A stretch of DNA of 63,214 bases, filler included, from Reclinomonas americana ATCC 50394 (Eukaryota): assembly GCA_048213135.1 (NCBI GenBank). It is 12 parts of 12 records of this genome, joined end to end, with 100 filler letters (N's around TTAATTAATTAA, not from the genome) between each part and the next. Parts side by side here need not be neighbours in the genome. Positions count along the whole stretch, not along the records: positions 1 to 1,459 come from AFZH01018597.1; positions 1,560 to 16,657 come from AFZH01018599.1; 10 more parts are not named here. One strand, 5' to 3'. This document shows positions 1 through 13,821 of the stretch, one piece after another (positions within the stretch are counted from its first letter, which is position 1; the number at the start of each line of letters is the position of its first letter). The position numbers were made by a program, and so were the translations under genes. Under the pieces are notes generated by a model, which had not been told where the DNA came from, did no database searches, and was given only the letters and a program-made list of their open reading frames with translations.

Positions 1-429
1 CTCCCCCCTCGCTCAGCCCGTCCCTCGCTCTGTCCCTCCCTTCTCTCTCTTTCTCTCCTTCCCACTCCCTCTCCTCTCCCCCCTCGCTCAGCCCGTCCCT
101 CGCTCTGTCCCTCCCTTCTCTCCCTCTCCCTCTCCTCTCTTCTCTCCCCTCGCTCTGTCCCTCCTCTGTCTCTCCTTTCCACTCCCCCTCGCTCAGCCCC
201 TCCTCTCTCTCTCCTGCCCACTCCCTCCCCCTCGCTCTGTCCCTCCCTTCTCTCCCTCTCCCTCTTCCCTTCCGTTCCCCTTCCCCTCCCTTCCCCTCCA
301 CCTTCTTCCTTTTCCCTCTCCAATCTTCCTCCCTCTTTCCTTCTCCACCCCCTTCTCTCCCCTCCCTTCCCCTTTTTCCCTCCCTTCTCCTTCTCTCCCA
401 TTTCCACCCCCTCCTAACTGCGCTCCCAC
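1..429. repeat. C/T-rich low-complexity tract (intronic) with imperfect repeats of CCCCTCGCTCAGCCC / CCCTCGCTCTGTCCCTCC
   Basis: Nearly pure polypyrimidine on the + strand. The unit CTCGCTCAGCCCGTCCCTCGCTCTGTCCCTCCC recurs at about 8 and 84. The tract ends in CTAAC...CACAG, a branch point and acceptor. Confidence 0.8.
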
Positions 430-431
430 AG

Positions 432-487
432 GCCGCGAATTCAGCAGCATCGACGACGGAATGCCCATGAAACGCGGCAAGCACTAA
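432..487 (+). CDS. Terminal exon of an unknown gene (..REFSSIDDGMPMKRGKH*)
   Basis: AG acceptor at 430-431 after a CTAAC branch point; short open frame to TAA at 485-487, followed by an AT-rich tail. Confidence 0.4.
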
Positions 488-513
488 AAAAGTATAAAAT
501 TAAACAGGCGTTG

Positions 514-1408
514 TTATTCGATATACATGACCGAGCGTGGGGTCACATCGCAGCTCGGCAGCGCTTCCATGGGCACCCAGTGCCGCAACCCTTCAGGTAC
601 CGGAACACACACCGGGCAAAACACAGAAAAGCCGACCTGCAGACCAGCAGACACCTTTCAGTATTCAGCAGCAGCAGCAGCACCACCACCACCACCACCA
701 CTGACCGTACACAACAAAAACGACCAGCCGAGACAACTAAAGGTTTTTCGCAAACGCACACGCTCCGAAATCACTTCCTCGATGCGTGTTTCGACGGCCG
801 CTGGGTCGTCGGTGAGGATCCAGACAATGGCCTTGCGCCCGAGCACCGTCACGCCAGGCGCATCGCAGATGTATGTCTCCCAAAAATCCGTGTCGGCATA
901 AAACGCGGTGCGATTGAGCCGAAACCCGGCAACGCCGACGCCGAGCTCTCGCGTCCTGGCCACCATTTGTCGAATCACCTGTGTGCGGCGCTTCACAGTG
1001 AGCCAGTACAATGTGGAGGAGGAGAAGGGAGCAGTAGCCACTGCACCTCTCGCGGTAGCTGCAACACTGCCTCACGCGAGTACACGTGACCCATTTGTGA
1101 TGTGCCGTCCTGCGCTTCAGAGCGTGAGTGTCTCACACTCCTTCTCCTTCCCTGACCTCGACGCACCACTTGCAGAACAAAGGCACACGAGCAAATCACA
1201 CCCATCGTCTCCAGTTCCGCCGCCGCCGCGTAGTCGCTTTCGCTAGGAAGCACACGATTGGCGACGACGCTGCACACCGACTCGGAGTACTGTCGATCAA
1301 GAGCAAAAGGTGAGCAGCAGTCGCCACACACACTCGGCACACGCGACACAACTCGTTTGATGGGACCCGTGGGCAATCGTGCCGTGACAGCGCGCGGATG
1401 AGGAGCAT
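514..1408 (-). CDS. Hypothetical protein, multi-exon, boundaries approximate
   Basis: Coding-like segments flanked by GT..AG introns: YSESVCSVVANRVL, VIRQMVARTRELGVGVAGFRLNRTAFYADTDFWETYICD, VPEGLRHWVPMEALPSCDVTPRSVMYIE*. No family recognised. Confidence 0.4.
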
Positions 1409-1459
1409 GGTGGCGCGGCGTGCCCTCGGTGCTCTCTGACGAGTGCCGCAAGTCACCGG

Positions 1460-1559
1460 NNNNNNNNNNNNNNNNNNNNNNNNNNNNNNNNNNNNNNNNN
1501 NNNTTAATTAATTAANNNNNNNNNNNNNNNNNNNNNNNNNNNNNNNNNNNNNNNNNNNN
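1460..1559. other. Assembly gap with artificial TTAATTAATTAA linker; same at 16658, 17789, 19301, 36013, 39353, 40860, 44551, 53920, 57886, 59731
   Basis: Each is 44 N + TTAATTAATTAA + 44 N, with stops in all six frames. Confidence 0.99.
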
Positions 1560-1717
1560 CTCTCTTCCCCCTCTCCCTCCCTCTCCCTTCCTCTCCCTTC
1601 CCCTCACTCTCCCTTCCCCTCACTCTCCCTCCCCCTCTCCCTTCTCTTCCCCCTCCCTTCCCCCTCCCTTCTCCCTCTTCCCCCTCCCCCCTCACCCTCT
1701 CCCTTCCCCCTCCACAG

Positions 1718-4700
1718 GCACGTTCATTACAGCGACTGGCCACACTGCAGCGACTGGCATCGAGCGCCTCGCACTCATCCAAGTCCAGCTCAATGGCGAG
1801 CTTGCCGGCGCCCCCTGCAGCGGGAGAGCGAAGGCAGAGTCACGCGGTGGCGGCGGATGTGGTGGCCCGGCAAATTGCCGATCGGGGGCTGCGGATGCTG
1901 CGGAGAGGCAGTCGAGTGAGTTCCGGAGGATTGAGCAGTGGGCAGCTGCCGTCCGACGACGGTGCCTCGAGTGTGGCGACCTCGGAGATGTTGGACTCGG
2001 AGCTCATGTCGGAGGGCGACGACGAGGTCTCTATCGATCTCCATAGTTCACTCCCCTTCCCCCCTCTGCGTATGCATCCGGCTCACGAAATCAAAACAGG
2101 TGAATCGACTGCTGAATGACGGCATTGAGTTTCTGCGCCAGGCGTCGGGCTCGACATTTGCCACGTTTTCGCGTGCCGGGTCGCGTGCCAGCATGAACTC
2201 GCAGCGTCGCGATCTGCTGGACGAGATTCAGCGGGAGCTCGACGCCGACGTGGAGTGGCAGATGCTCAATCTCGAGCACAATCCCTCGGTCACGCCGTCG
2301 CTGCCAGGATCACCGACGAGCATGTTCCTCACGCCGAGATTACTCGGCGGCGAGTCCGAGAGTGGTGGAGTGTCGCCAACGGATGCTGTTGGAGCGCGTG
2401 GTGGGTTCTCACCATCGGCAGCTCCACCGGCAGATCCACCGGCAGAACCATCGCCACCACCACCACCACCACCACAGCCTCAAGTGGTTATACCCACTGC
2501 TGTGCCGATTCCCGCCGTTGCAACGGAGACTGTTGCCGTAGTACACGAACGTCCACCATCACCGCCACCAACACCGCCACCACCACCTCCTCCTCCTCCA
2601 GCAACCGCTGCAAGGCGACTTTCGACCGCCACCTCTCCATCGAGATCGCGTAGCAGTGTGTCGCCCAGTCGATCGTCAAGATCACCATCTCGCGATCGCA
2701 GCACCGCCGTCCAGGAGCCGCCAGCAGACACTGATGTGGCGACTGGGCATGTTATCAAATCGGCGGCTGCCGTGCTGGCCGAGTGGAAGGCAGCCGATGC
2801 CGGTGGCGGCGGCGGCGGCGCTCGCCGTCCATCACTATCACCAGAGGCGCACCGATCACCGACGCGCCGACGGCCATCGACCGCCGGCGCATCGCCGGCG
2901 GCAAGTGCCGTGAACGTGCCACTCGTCCGCAAGCCGACTCTGGCCGAGTCCATGGGACGGGAGTACACCGAGAAGGGCACGACCAGAGCACGGCAGCGCA
3001 CCGCCGTACTCCCGGCCCCTGTCCCCGGCATGCAGTTGCTGCAGGTACCTGGGACTCGTATGGTGGAGACGACTTCGCTCAGTGCAGCGCGGCGGCTCTC
3101 GTTTGTGAAGAAGAAGAATGCAGCCGCAGGTTCCTCGCCAGGTTTTTCTCTTTGCAGTTCGATTGCCGCTCACCTCACGTGCGTGCGTGCCACACACTCA
3201 CTTTCTTGTGTGCAGGGAAAAAGCCAACAGCCACCTCACCCTCACCCGCGCCATCACCCTCACCATCACGCCGTCCGTCGGTGACGCACACCCCAACAAC
3301 TCCCGCGACGCGAAAGAACTCGGTGGCAGGAACCGCAAGTGCCTCACTCGAAAGACGGCCGACCTTGTCGTCGTCGCCGCCAGTGTCGGAGAGCTCTCGC
3401 CGCCAGTCGCGACGCTTGAGTGCCTCTGTCGTGGAAATGGTTGTTGAGCAGGCAGGTGCATCATCATCAGTGGGCGATCAGAGACGAGGCAGCCGACCGG
3501 CCGTACAGTCTACTCCACAAGCCGACGACGACCAGCATGTCGATGACGGAAGCCAGCAGAACAGTGACGTTGCTTCGACACGACGGCTCACATCACCACC
3601 GCGAGCGTGTCAGCGTGTCGCGTTGCCGGAGGAGGAGGCCATTCGACGTGCTTTGCGCGCGCTCAAGGTCGTCAATCGGCGGCGCATGGGAGATGTGGGC
3701 TTGTTGCTGGAATTGCTGCCGCATGGATCGGTGCTGGTGCAGGCCGACAAGGATCTGGTGATGAGCAAGTTTGCCGACAAGGAGCACGTGCGCTATGGTG
3801 CGTCTGAACTCCTCTTGCAAGCCTCATTAACCCCACACTGAATTGGTATGCGCGCCCTTGCAGATGTGGAGACGGATGCGTGTCGGACACTGCGCTCTCA
3901 CGGCGTGCACATTGACTATTGCATTCGTGCACCTCCAGTGATTCAGGTACGCGCATCACACTCTGCTTGCCTCTCTTCTCTTTCTCCGTGTCCACTGACG
4001 AGTGATCAATCAGCCACGACCGGCCGCAGTGTCGGCACGCGCTCGAGCCTCAGAGGCCATGCTTCTGGCGGCCGCAGATGCCGGTCTGAGACCATTGTCG
4101 GCACCGGCAAGCCGTCCCTCTTCAGTTGCGCCTCTAGATTTCCCTGCTCTGCATGCCGCACAATTAATCTCACACGCTCTCTTTTGCAAGGCATCCGATG
4201 GCCGCCAGTCGTCACGCAGCAAGGTGGGTTGCAGTCATGTGCGAACCCCCTTTCTCGCACACACCTCTCACGCATACGACTGCCTGCAGAGATTGGTCGA
4301 GTTGCAAACGCAACTGCACAATGCACAAGGGCACAAACCCGTGGCCAACATTGACCGTGACCTGGATTTGGATGGACTGGAAGCGCAACTGGATCTGGTG
4401 GCGCGGGAGAGTGGCGAGACGACAAACGACGTTGTCAACAATCAACTTTCGCTCGGCGGCGATTCTCTGGACCTATCGCAGATCTCAGATGGTAGCGAAC
4501 TCCAGCACCACCAGTCTCCACACGCGGCACGCAAGCACGACGCGCTACACGTGCGCTACGTCCGCGATGCCAAGGCGGCAGCCGCCAAGCTGTCACGTAT
4601 GTCACGCCCATCCTCGACTCCATCCACATCGTATCACTCACCCACCCACTCACCATTATTGCTGCTGCGCAGGCGATGCCGACGTATGCAGGGAGGCCTT

Positions 4701-4779
4701 CTATCACCTCATCTCACTGTTGGAGTTGACGTCCACAGCTGACGACGACAGCGTGGAATTGGAGGACGAGTACTATTAA
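1718..4779 (+). CDS. Hypothetical Pro/Ser-rich protein, multi-exon, 5' part in gap
   Basis: Long ORF pieces (1793-2119, 1938-3284, 2783-3841, 4002-4742) linked by short GT-AG introns; ends ELEDEYY* at 4779. Confidence 0.65.
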
Positions 4780-4820
4780 CAAGTCAATTAATTATGTTCG
4801 GTTTTTTGCAATTGCCGCGG

Positions 4821-7800
4821 CTATGTCGTGAACGTGCTACGTGGCGATAAGCCAGCATCCGCAACACTGCCGTGTCGACTGCCATCTCTTCTCGGCGGCT
4901 GTGGAAGTGGGGCCAGTGTGCCGGTTGGGCTATCATGGAGGGAGAGCACGACATGAGTCGACTCCTGGCATCGGTGGTCGGTCAGATGAGCGAACGTACC
5001 TGCTGGCCCATGCACCCTTGCCGACAGATGGAGTGAGCAGTGGCGCCTCGCCGTCTGAGCTGTCGTCCGAGCTGTCCTTTCTGTGAAGCATCGCAACTCA
5101 CCTGTCAGCAACACGACTGGTAGATGTTGTCACGCGCAAGGACGGGACGCAACGCCAACAGTTTTGCACGATCTTCGTAGCTCTGGAGGATGGCCTTCAA
5201 TGGTCCACTGCCACCGGCCATGTTAAACAGGACGGTGATGGCTGACACCAGCGCTGTGGACGAGGTGCACGTGTTGGAGGTGGTCGCGAAAACAGGGGGA
5301 GAGGAAAAAAAAAGAGGAGCATACCGGAGGCAATTGAGGTGCCCGCTGTGCCCTGTCCGTGATTGAGGATCGTGTAACCAATGTAGACGAAAGCCAGAAT
5401 GCTGCCGAGCACCAGCAGTGTGGATGCGACAAAGGCCACAATGGAACGCAGACGCAGGCCCTGGAATCTGCGCACCGCGGACGTCAGCATGCGCTCCTCA
5501 CTTCAGTGTACTGGAGTGGGCACGCAACTTGGTCAAACTCGTGGCAGTGCGTGCAATCTGCGCTTCGTTCATCTGGCACGCATCGCGCGCCAAACTCTTG
5601 GCCTGATCCTCGAACGGAGCACCGGGAGCGAAGAGCATCTGTGCGCAACCAAACAATAAGCAAATAAGCACATTAACAGCGACATTGCATGCACGTTGGC
5701 ACGCAACTGCATCTTCGACCGGCGTCAGTTCGCGACGCGGGCGCATCCACACACGTCGCAGCGCCTCCTCCGTGACCAGCATGATCACCTTGGCAACGTG
5801 AGTCATGACGACCGCAGTAATCACCTGTGCGACTCGGTGAGTGACGACGACCCATCAAGTCGTGAACCGCAGCATACTCTTGCTCACCAGCGAGACCGAC
5901 ATGAGCAGTCCGACCACCACCGATGGCGACAGGAGTGCTCCGATGATCAGCAGGCAGAACCAGGCGAATGCGAGACCAAAATTGACGGCGAATGTAATGT
6001 ACAGGGCGATGCGGTACACACGCTCGAATGCCTCTGACGGTCGCAGGCCGCGCACTGGGCACATCATCAAGTAAGCTTCTCCTTTGCGACTCCACAATGC
6101 AACGCCAGCGAGCACGCACCAAACATAATGTACCAGCGACGAAGCGAGATTATCAACCATGAAACAATGATCACGCCGCCGAGGACACCAACCTGCGTGA
6201 CGTGTTGAGACTTCTATTTGGCGCCGATCGATCCATGAAATAACGAACCACAATCAGCACGCGAGGATCGACATAGGTGGTGAGTGCCGAAATATACTGC
6301 GCATACAGCATCCACGGTCCAGCAGTGTAGATCCACATGGCAAACCGTCGGTGCTCCTCCAATTCACTGTGAGGGGTGCACTGTTCAGCGACGAGCAGCG
6401 GGGGTGGGGAGGGGCAGCAGGAGGTACAACACTCACAGGGTGGTCAGATGCGCGTAGTGTTCGACATACAGCAGTCCCGACTGCGAGTACTTGAGCAGGC
6501 GCACAAAGTACACCGTCGACACGACGGCGCCAAGGATTGCCACAAACAAGAGCAACACAAAGATCGATAACGTCGAGTTCGTCTGCCGCGGAACGAGGTC
6601 AACAATGATAAGCACACACACACACACAGGCAAGAGAGAGAATGCCGTACCCCATCACTCTGTGCCGAGCATACTCCTTGACTGCAGCACACTGGGTTGG
6701 AGGTGCCGATGATCTCGGCCACTGGCGAGCCCGCCGGCGAGTAGCAGAGGAACGGAGGCGGATGGCTACGAATTTGCTGGTACGCATTCGCGATGACCGT
6801 ACTCAGCAGGCCCGTGCGGAACGTGAACGAGGTCGACTCACAGAACGGTTCTTGCATGATGAACGGCACGTCCACGTACGTAAAGTAGGCGAGACCGAGT
6901 GAGAGCTGGCGCAGGATCCGCAGATTGAAGAAGAGGAACACCGACTGCTCGGCCGTTGCCTGCGCGCAATTGAAGTGTTGAGCTCCAGGGAGAGAAACAG
7001 AGAGGAACAGAGAGGGACAGAAACGAGAAGAGAGAAAATAATAGAGAAACAGGGAGAGACAGGGAGAGACAAAGAGATCAGCAGTGTAGAATCACAACAA
7101 CAGACAATACCGCACCCAAATCAACGGCGTCGTGTCACCAGCAGTCCACGCAGTGGGATCCGCCCGAGGCGTCGTACTTTTCCGCTGCAGCTGCAGCCGA
7201 ACCAACGACACGGGCGACAGCGGGGAAAGCTGCGCAAAACCGCGCAGCATGACGGCGGTGGTGTTGGTGGCCAGAGCTTGCATTGTGAACTCAGTGGCGT
7301 TGGTCGCCATGGATCGAATGCCCTCCAGTGGACACCGAACGGAGGTAGCCGCTGTGTGACAGCAAGTGAGCCCATGGCACCAAGTGCTACCTGAAACAGG
7401 GTACATACCGGGAGATTGAATAATGTCGTACAGGTACGAATCCAGCGGGCACGCGCCATCATTTAACGGAGTTCCGTAGCACTGCAAGTCGGCTGCACGA
7501 CGGGAGGTGACGATGAGCAACGCAGAGTAGTCATTGCAGGCACAGCTGACGCACAGGGATTCCGTAGCCACACAGTCAGGTCCGTGGTTGATTCAGTGCA
7601 GGGGAAAATGTTCGAGAGGCAGAGAGGTGATAAGAGCAGCTGCGAGGAACGGTGGTGAGTCCACAGCGCAGAGCGAAGTAAAAGAGCGCATGCACACAGG
7701 CACACACCCTGACCACGACGGCGAGTCCCGACACGGTATCAGCAGCGGCTTGGATGGCTGGCAAACTGCAAGAAAGCGAGTCAGGAGTGCCCGGCAACCA

Positions 7801-7985
7801 AGCATGCACGCAGGAGCCGTGCGCACTTTAGCATCAATGTGTTGCCGGTAAACTGCACCGCGTTCGAGCTGTCCACAAACACACTGGAAAGTCCGTCGCC
7901 ATCTCGTATTGCCGTACCCACAGCCGCGCTCACACCTTGAATGAGAAGGAGAATCAGTATGATGCAGTGGCGTTTCGACGAATAC

Positions 7986-8024
<39 letters not shown>

Positions 8025-9822
8025 GATACAGTAGTTCTCATTGGTCGGAAACGGCGGAGTGCAGAGCGGGGCGACCACTGGATTGCCACCGGCATCAATG
8101 GCCGTCACATTCTGTGCGAACGAGTGAGCGGGGAAAAAGCGCGATGGCGACGAGGATGTTCACTCGAACCAGCTGCTGTGAAAACGGTGTGTACAAGTCG
8201 CCGGAACACGGGGCGAACCAGTACGAGTCCTTCGCAATGATTGGACACGGCAGCGACATGGCAAAGGTCCAACCGGAGACAACGGTTCCAGTCGGCGCTG
8301 CATTCGCTCTGGATGAGCGACTACACACACACAATGCACATCCTTCTCTTGGCCAACTCACATCCCGGGAAGAGGCGATACTGAATCGGCAGTGTGGTGC
8401 TTCGCAGCCCCATGCTGCTGTTGGTGACCGCGGTCAAGTAAAGCAGCGACGAACTGCCGCCGACAGGAATCACCTGGTCGAACAGGAAGCGACCGTTGCT
8501 GTCGGTGTTGGTGATGCACGTCACTCCCAGCAGACTGATCACCGAGGTGGCAGCCACAGGCGACGCTTGTGAGACGCCGGGAATCTGCAAGCACAGACGG
8601 ATCGGCAGCACTGCATTCACCGGATTCGACCAGGCGTCGACCACCTTGGCGCACACACAGTTGTCAGTCGTGAACGGCTGCTGCATCAAACAACACAACC
8701 CAGCGGCGCTCCAAAAAAACCTGCAGCAGAATCGGTCGCATGACAGTGCCGACGTAGGTCGGAATAGGCTCCCCGTTACGCAGCGGATTGAGAGTGAAAT
8801 ACGACAAGCCCACCGTGGTCGCCGGTGCTGCGACGGAGACGAGTCTCGTGAATCACAAAGAAACAGGGACAGAACCCAGGGGGGAGAAGTGCACGTTGTA
8901 CCTCCCACTCCGATGAACAGCGAAAAGGTGGTGGAATACGAGCACACACTGTTCAACAGGTCGAGGCGCAGTTGACGAGTCTCGGTGAAGCCTGTTGCGC
9001 AGGTGGACTTGAACTGGCCACACACACTCCACGTGATCTACCGCATCATTCAGTCTCGGAGAGCACTGCGCGCTGCACCGTTCACTTACGACTCACCTGC
9101 GAGGTGCGAACATTGTTGTACAGTGGCGGCGGCGTGAAGATCGACTGCCGCGTAAACGCCCCAGCGCACGTACTGGCGCAGCCGCCATCCAACTGCCAAG
9201 AAATCAAGCACTCATGTCACAACACTGCCGCGTTCCGCGTGACAACATATGCGACGAAACAAAAGTGAACTGCAGCATCACCGGACTGGTCGAGTACTGC
9301 ACAAATGGCGTCGTGACGATCAGCGTGAAAAAGTCGCCCATGCGCACTGGTGAGGCCGCAATCGCGTCCAGTCCCGACACCTGGATCGTGCACGACGACG
9401 CATCACCCGTGCTCCCACTTCGAACTCCCATCACTGTATGCGTGCTAGTGTCTTCCATCATCATCATCATCGTTGTTGCTGTCGACATTGTCATGTCCTC
9501 CATCACGCGATCCATCAGTGGCGCCGTGGCAGCAGGCGGAGACATGCGTCGCGCCAACTCGCTCAGCACATTGCCGACACTCGCCGTCTCTGCGTGCCAT
9601 TACACTGAGCAAGCACATACACGCACACAGAGAGGCATATCGCAACCAACCTCGCACAGTGGAGGTGGACTCGAGCGCACGCGACATCCATCTCTGCACC
9701 GTGTTCGGAAGCACTCCACTGCTGACCAGTCGCCTCACAGTGTCCTCATCGCCGCGCACAAGCTCGCTGCTGGCAAGCACCGCACATAGCAGCGCAAACA
9801 GCACGAGAAAGACTCGTCGCAT
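4821..9822 (-). CDS. Large secreted-ectodomain, multi-pass membrane protein (orphan)
   Basis: Signal peptide MRRVFLVLFALLCAVLASS at ATG 9822; Cys/Thr-rich extracellular exons; several hydrophobic helices in 5200-6950 (e.g. IALYITFAVNFGLAFAWFCLLIIGALL, IFVLLLFVAILGAVVSTVYFV). Confidence 0.7.
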
Positions 9823-9913
9823 GCGATGACAGACGGACAGGGCGAGTGGGAGCGTGACAATCACATGACTCACGACAAGGCGTCTGGATTTAGCTCCTGT
9901 CGGCGAAGAGAGA

Positions 9914-12900
9914 ATGGTTGATAATGCAGTTCTCAGTGACGAACTAGAGGTGTTGCGCGCGGTGTATGAAGACGCGTTGCACGTGAAGCCAGTGCCCGAC
10001 GGCAACGAGTGTGCATTGCTGTCGATTGAGTTGCAAGCAAGCGGCGTGCAACAAGCAAAAGGTCTCTCCTCCGTGCAGTGGTGTGTGCACACACGCTCTC
10101 TTTCTCACATGTGCTCTTTTTTGCACTCAGCGACTGCCGAATTGACTGTGCCACGAGCGTACCCGCAAGAGTCGCCGACGGTGCGACTGTCACGCGTGCA
10201 GGGCTTTACACACGCGGAGCTAGAAGAGGCACATCGCTCATTGGCGCAGCTGGTATGCATGCACTCACACACACACGCACTCTTTCCCATTATGGCTCTC
10301 TGTCTCACTGCTGCATGCAAGGCGGAGGAGGGCGCTGGAGGCGAAGTGCTGTTCACGTTGCTGGCACAATGCCAAGACATTGTCAACGAGTGCGCCTCCA
10401 AGCCGCTCTTTGTGTCGTCGACCATCGGCCAGTTGGCTCGGCCGCGATCGCCACGAGCAAACGTCGTCTCTGGCAGTACGCTGTCGACACCAGCAGCGAT
10501 TGTTCCGCTCACCGACGACGATGGTGGCGATGGCAATGGCGATGATGATGATGATGGTGACGGCGATGTGCCACCGCACAGTAAAGATGCAGGCGTGGTG
10601 GTGCCTCCAGCTGCGCTAACGCTGTTGACACCGATGACTGCGCCGGTGAGCGGTCCTGCGTCGACCGCGACGCCGGCGGTCGGTGAGGCCACCGATGCGG
10701 GGCGATTGAAGGCGGAGCGAGTGCGACGCTTGGTAAGTGTCACTGACACACGTGCGTGCCCTTTTTCTCACACAGTCGCGTATTGCATGCAGCCGTACCA
10801 TCGTCGAGTGGCGGGTGCCGAGGCGTTGTTTGCGGCCGGTATGCGATGCTGCATGAGGTTTTTTCTTCTTCCCCCACCCAGTGTTGATCACTGCGTTGTT
10901 GTTGTTGTCGCAGAGATCGACTGGCGGGTGTGTGAGCGATTCCCGATGTTCGAGTCGTGGCAAGAGCATCCTGTCAAGGTGTGTGTGCGTTGTCGCCTCT
11001 CTCACTCAATTCGTGACCATCCTGTAACTGTGGCTCTGCAGCTCGGTGGCGCGACCGCCAAGAGTCCCTCTCCGCTTTGCGGTCGACAGTATCATGCCAC
11101 TTGCCCGGGCACACGTCCACAAGTACCGCAGCTACTGCTCTTTGGCGGCGTTGACTGGAAGGACACTGTGATGAACGATCTGTGGGTGACCGACATGAGT
11201 TTTGCTCCGTCGTCGTCGTCGGCATCGTCAGCGCCGTCGGCGACACCAATGGACTCTGACGATTCTCCGTCGGCCACGCCGAGCGGCAGCGGCAACAGCG
11301 CCCCGCTCGTCTCATGGAAGCGCGCCAAGTGCATTGGTGCTGGCCCGTCGGCGCGATGCGGTCACACGCTGACTGGTGTGTGTGTGTGTTGACGATCTCC
11401 TCTGCGTGAGAGAGAACTGTGGTCTCACTTGCCCCCGTCGTAGTCATCAATCCGGCGCGGTCGACGGGCCACGTTGCAGCTGGCGTGTCCACGCGTGGCT
11501 GCCTGCTGTTTGGTGGCGTTCGACCACGTGGAGCACGCGGCGCACACGGCGGCAGGGAGTCACTGACGTTTTTGAACGACTTGCATATGCTCTTCCGTTG
11601 CGGCCTCTCTCTCACACGCACGTGTGTGCGCCTTTTTCATCGCTCAACTCAATCATGTTTGTGCATGCGCGCAGCCTCCGATGGCGGGCCAACCGTGTTC
11701 GAATGGGTCAGCGTGGAGAGTCACAATGTTGCGATGCAGGGTCGTGTTTATGTTCTCTTCTTGCCGCCTCCGTAAACTCACCACTTTATTCTTGTGCAGC
11801 TGGTGCTGACTAGCCGCACGAGACCCTCGGCGCGATCGGACCACGCAGCATGTTCCGGAAGCACTCGGCCATTGGTGGTTGTGTGCGGTGGACGTGCCGA
11901 AGGCAACACGTACCTGAATGATGTGTGGATAGCCGCCACCGAAGGTGCCCAATCGTGGTGGCCTTATATGTGGTATCCCCTCATCCCTCACCTGCTTTTC
12001 TCCACAGTGCGACTCCCCGATCGATCGGCGCCACGCGTCCGCGACCAGAGCGGCATCGAGGTCAGCATCTCGTGGACGTGCCTCAGCGAAGACAGCGGTG
12101 GCTCAGGGCCGCCACCGCGTGCCTGTCACTCGGTTCGTGTCATAAACACGTCCTTTTTGGTCCACCGACATTGCGCGCTCACGCCCCGCTTGTGCAGGTG
12201 TGCGAGATCGGCGGTAAAATCTACATGTATGGCGGCCTCGATGCGAACGGGGAGCACTTGCACGACTTGTGGTGCCTGCCGCTTGGTGTGTGTGCTGATT
12301 GCCACTTGCATCGTGCGCACAAAGTTGCTCATAAGGTGCTGGCAGAGAGGACGGTGTGGACGCAGATCACGCTGGTCAACACGCCGACATTCTCGCCTGC
12401 ACCACCGCTCATGAGCTCGCCGTTCATGCACACACTCGGCGAGTCGCAGCTGCTCATCATGGGTCTCACACCAATGTTGCCACCGATGAGTGCACTCGCT
12501 CGAGCGCATGGTTTGTGTCTTTTGGTGTATCTCACTGTTTGCCCACGGCTCACCATGCACCACACGCAGACGACAGCTACAAGCCGCTCGACATGGACGT
12601 GTTCCACGGACCACTCGTACGGTCGGCACGGCTGCGACCATCTGAGCACTCGACGGGTGAGTGTTTGTGCAACCCAGCGTCGCGATTGTGTGGCTCACGT
12701 GTTGTTCCCACGCAGTGCCTGGTTTCGACGCTGGCGAGTTTGTCAGTTGGATCTACGACATGAGTGACGCGGAGCCTCGCTGGACTCGCGTACTCTCATT
12801 GACGTTGCCGGAACTGCTGCCCGGTGCTCGCGTTGCCATGTTGCCACACCACCGCCGCCTGGTGATTGTCGGCGGTGGTCGGGAGGAGCTCAACCATTGG

Positions 12901-13780
12901 CAGACGGCGGCGGATTGCTGTCAGCAGCTGTCGCAGCTGTCGCGCAAGATGCAGTCGCGAGAACCACCGCCGCTGCCCGTGTGGAGCTTTGACTCGTTCG
13001 AGAGCAACACCAAGCACCTGTGTGTCGCACAGCCGCTCCTGGTGCAGCAGCTGCTCAAAACCTTCAATGGCGGCAAGGGAACCTACTCCGACGTGGCGGT
13101 GCGTGTGCAAGTACGCTCGCGTCCCATGTTTTCGGTGGACGCCGACGACGATGAGAGCGACGAAGATCTCTTGCTGTTGACGTTGCGTGACTCGGGATGG
13201 TGTCGGTGACTGGGAGACTGACGCTAACTCGGCGTGCGTGCGTTCGTGCAGTTCCGAGGTGTATCACTTGCATCGCGCACTGCTCATGCGCTGCCCGAAG
13301 CTGTTGCGCGAGCCGGGCGTGCACATGTTGAACGAGTGGGTGTCGCTGCTGGTTGAGGAGGACACGATTTCCAACCAAACCGACATTACTCTCGTCGTGT
13401 CGTTGCCGGCACTGGTGGCTGCGCACTGTCCGTTTGTGTCACTCTATGGTGTGTACGTCGCTGTGCAGAAGGGCTTCCTTTTCAGTGTTGTTTTTTCAAT
13501 CCTTGCCGTCGACACAGATGTGATGGATGTGGCGTTGATGCTGCTCCGTTTTGTGTACACGGACACACTGCGGCTGCATGTGTCGCTGCGGCAGACATAC
13601 GAAGAAATTAGTTCCACATGTCCGTATCTCGAGTTTCTGTCGGAACTGGGTGAGGACACCGAGTTGATGCTGCCGTACGTGCAACGTGTGCAGTCCAAGC
13701 TCCTGCTCGAGTTGGCCGAGCTGCTCGATTTCCGGTGTGCTGCAGTCGCTCTGTATGCCGTTAACCTGCGTTGCGCACTC

Positions 13781-13821
<41 letters not shown>

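Noticed and set aside
1504..1515. TTAATTAATTAA palindrome recurring 11 times; ORFs ending in X..LIN
   Set aside because: Always centred in a 100-nt N block: an artificial six-frame-stop gap linker.
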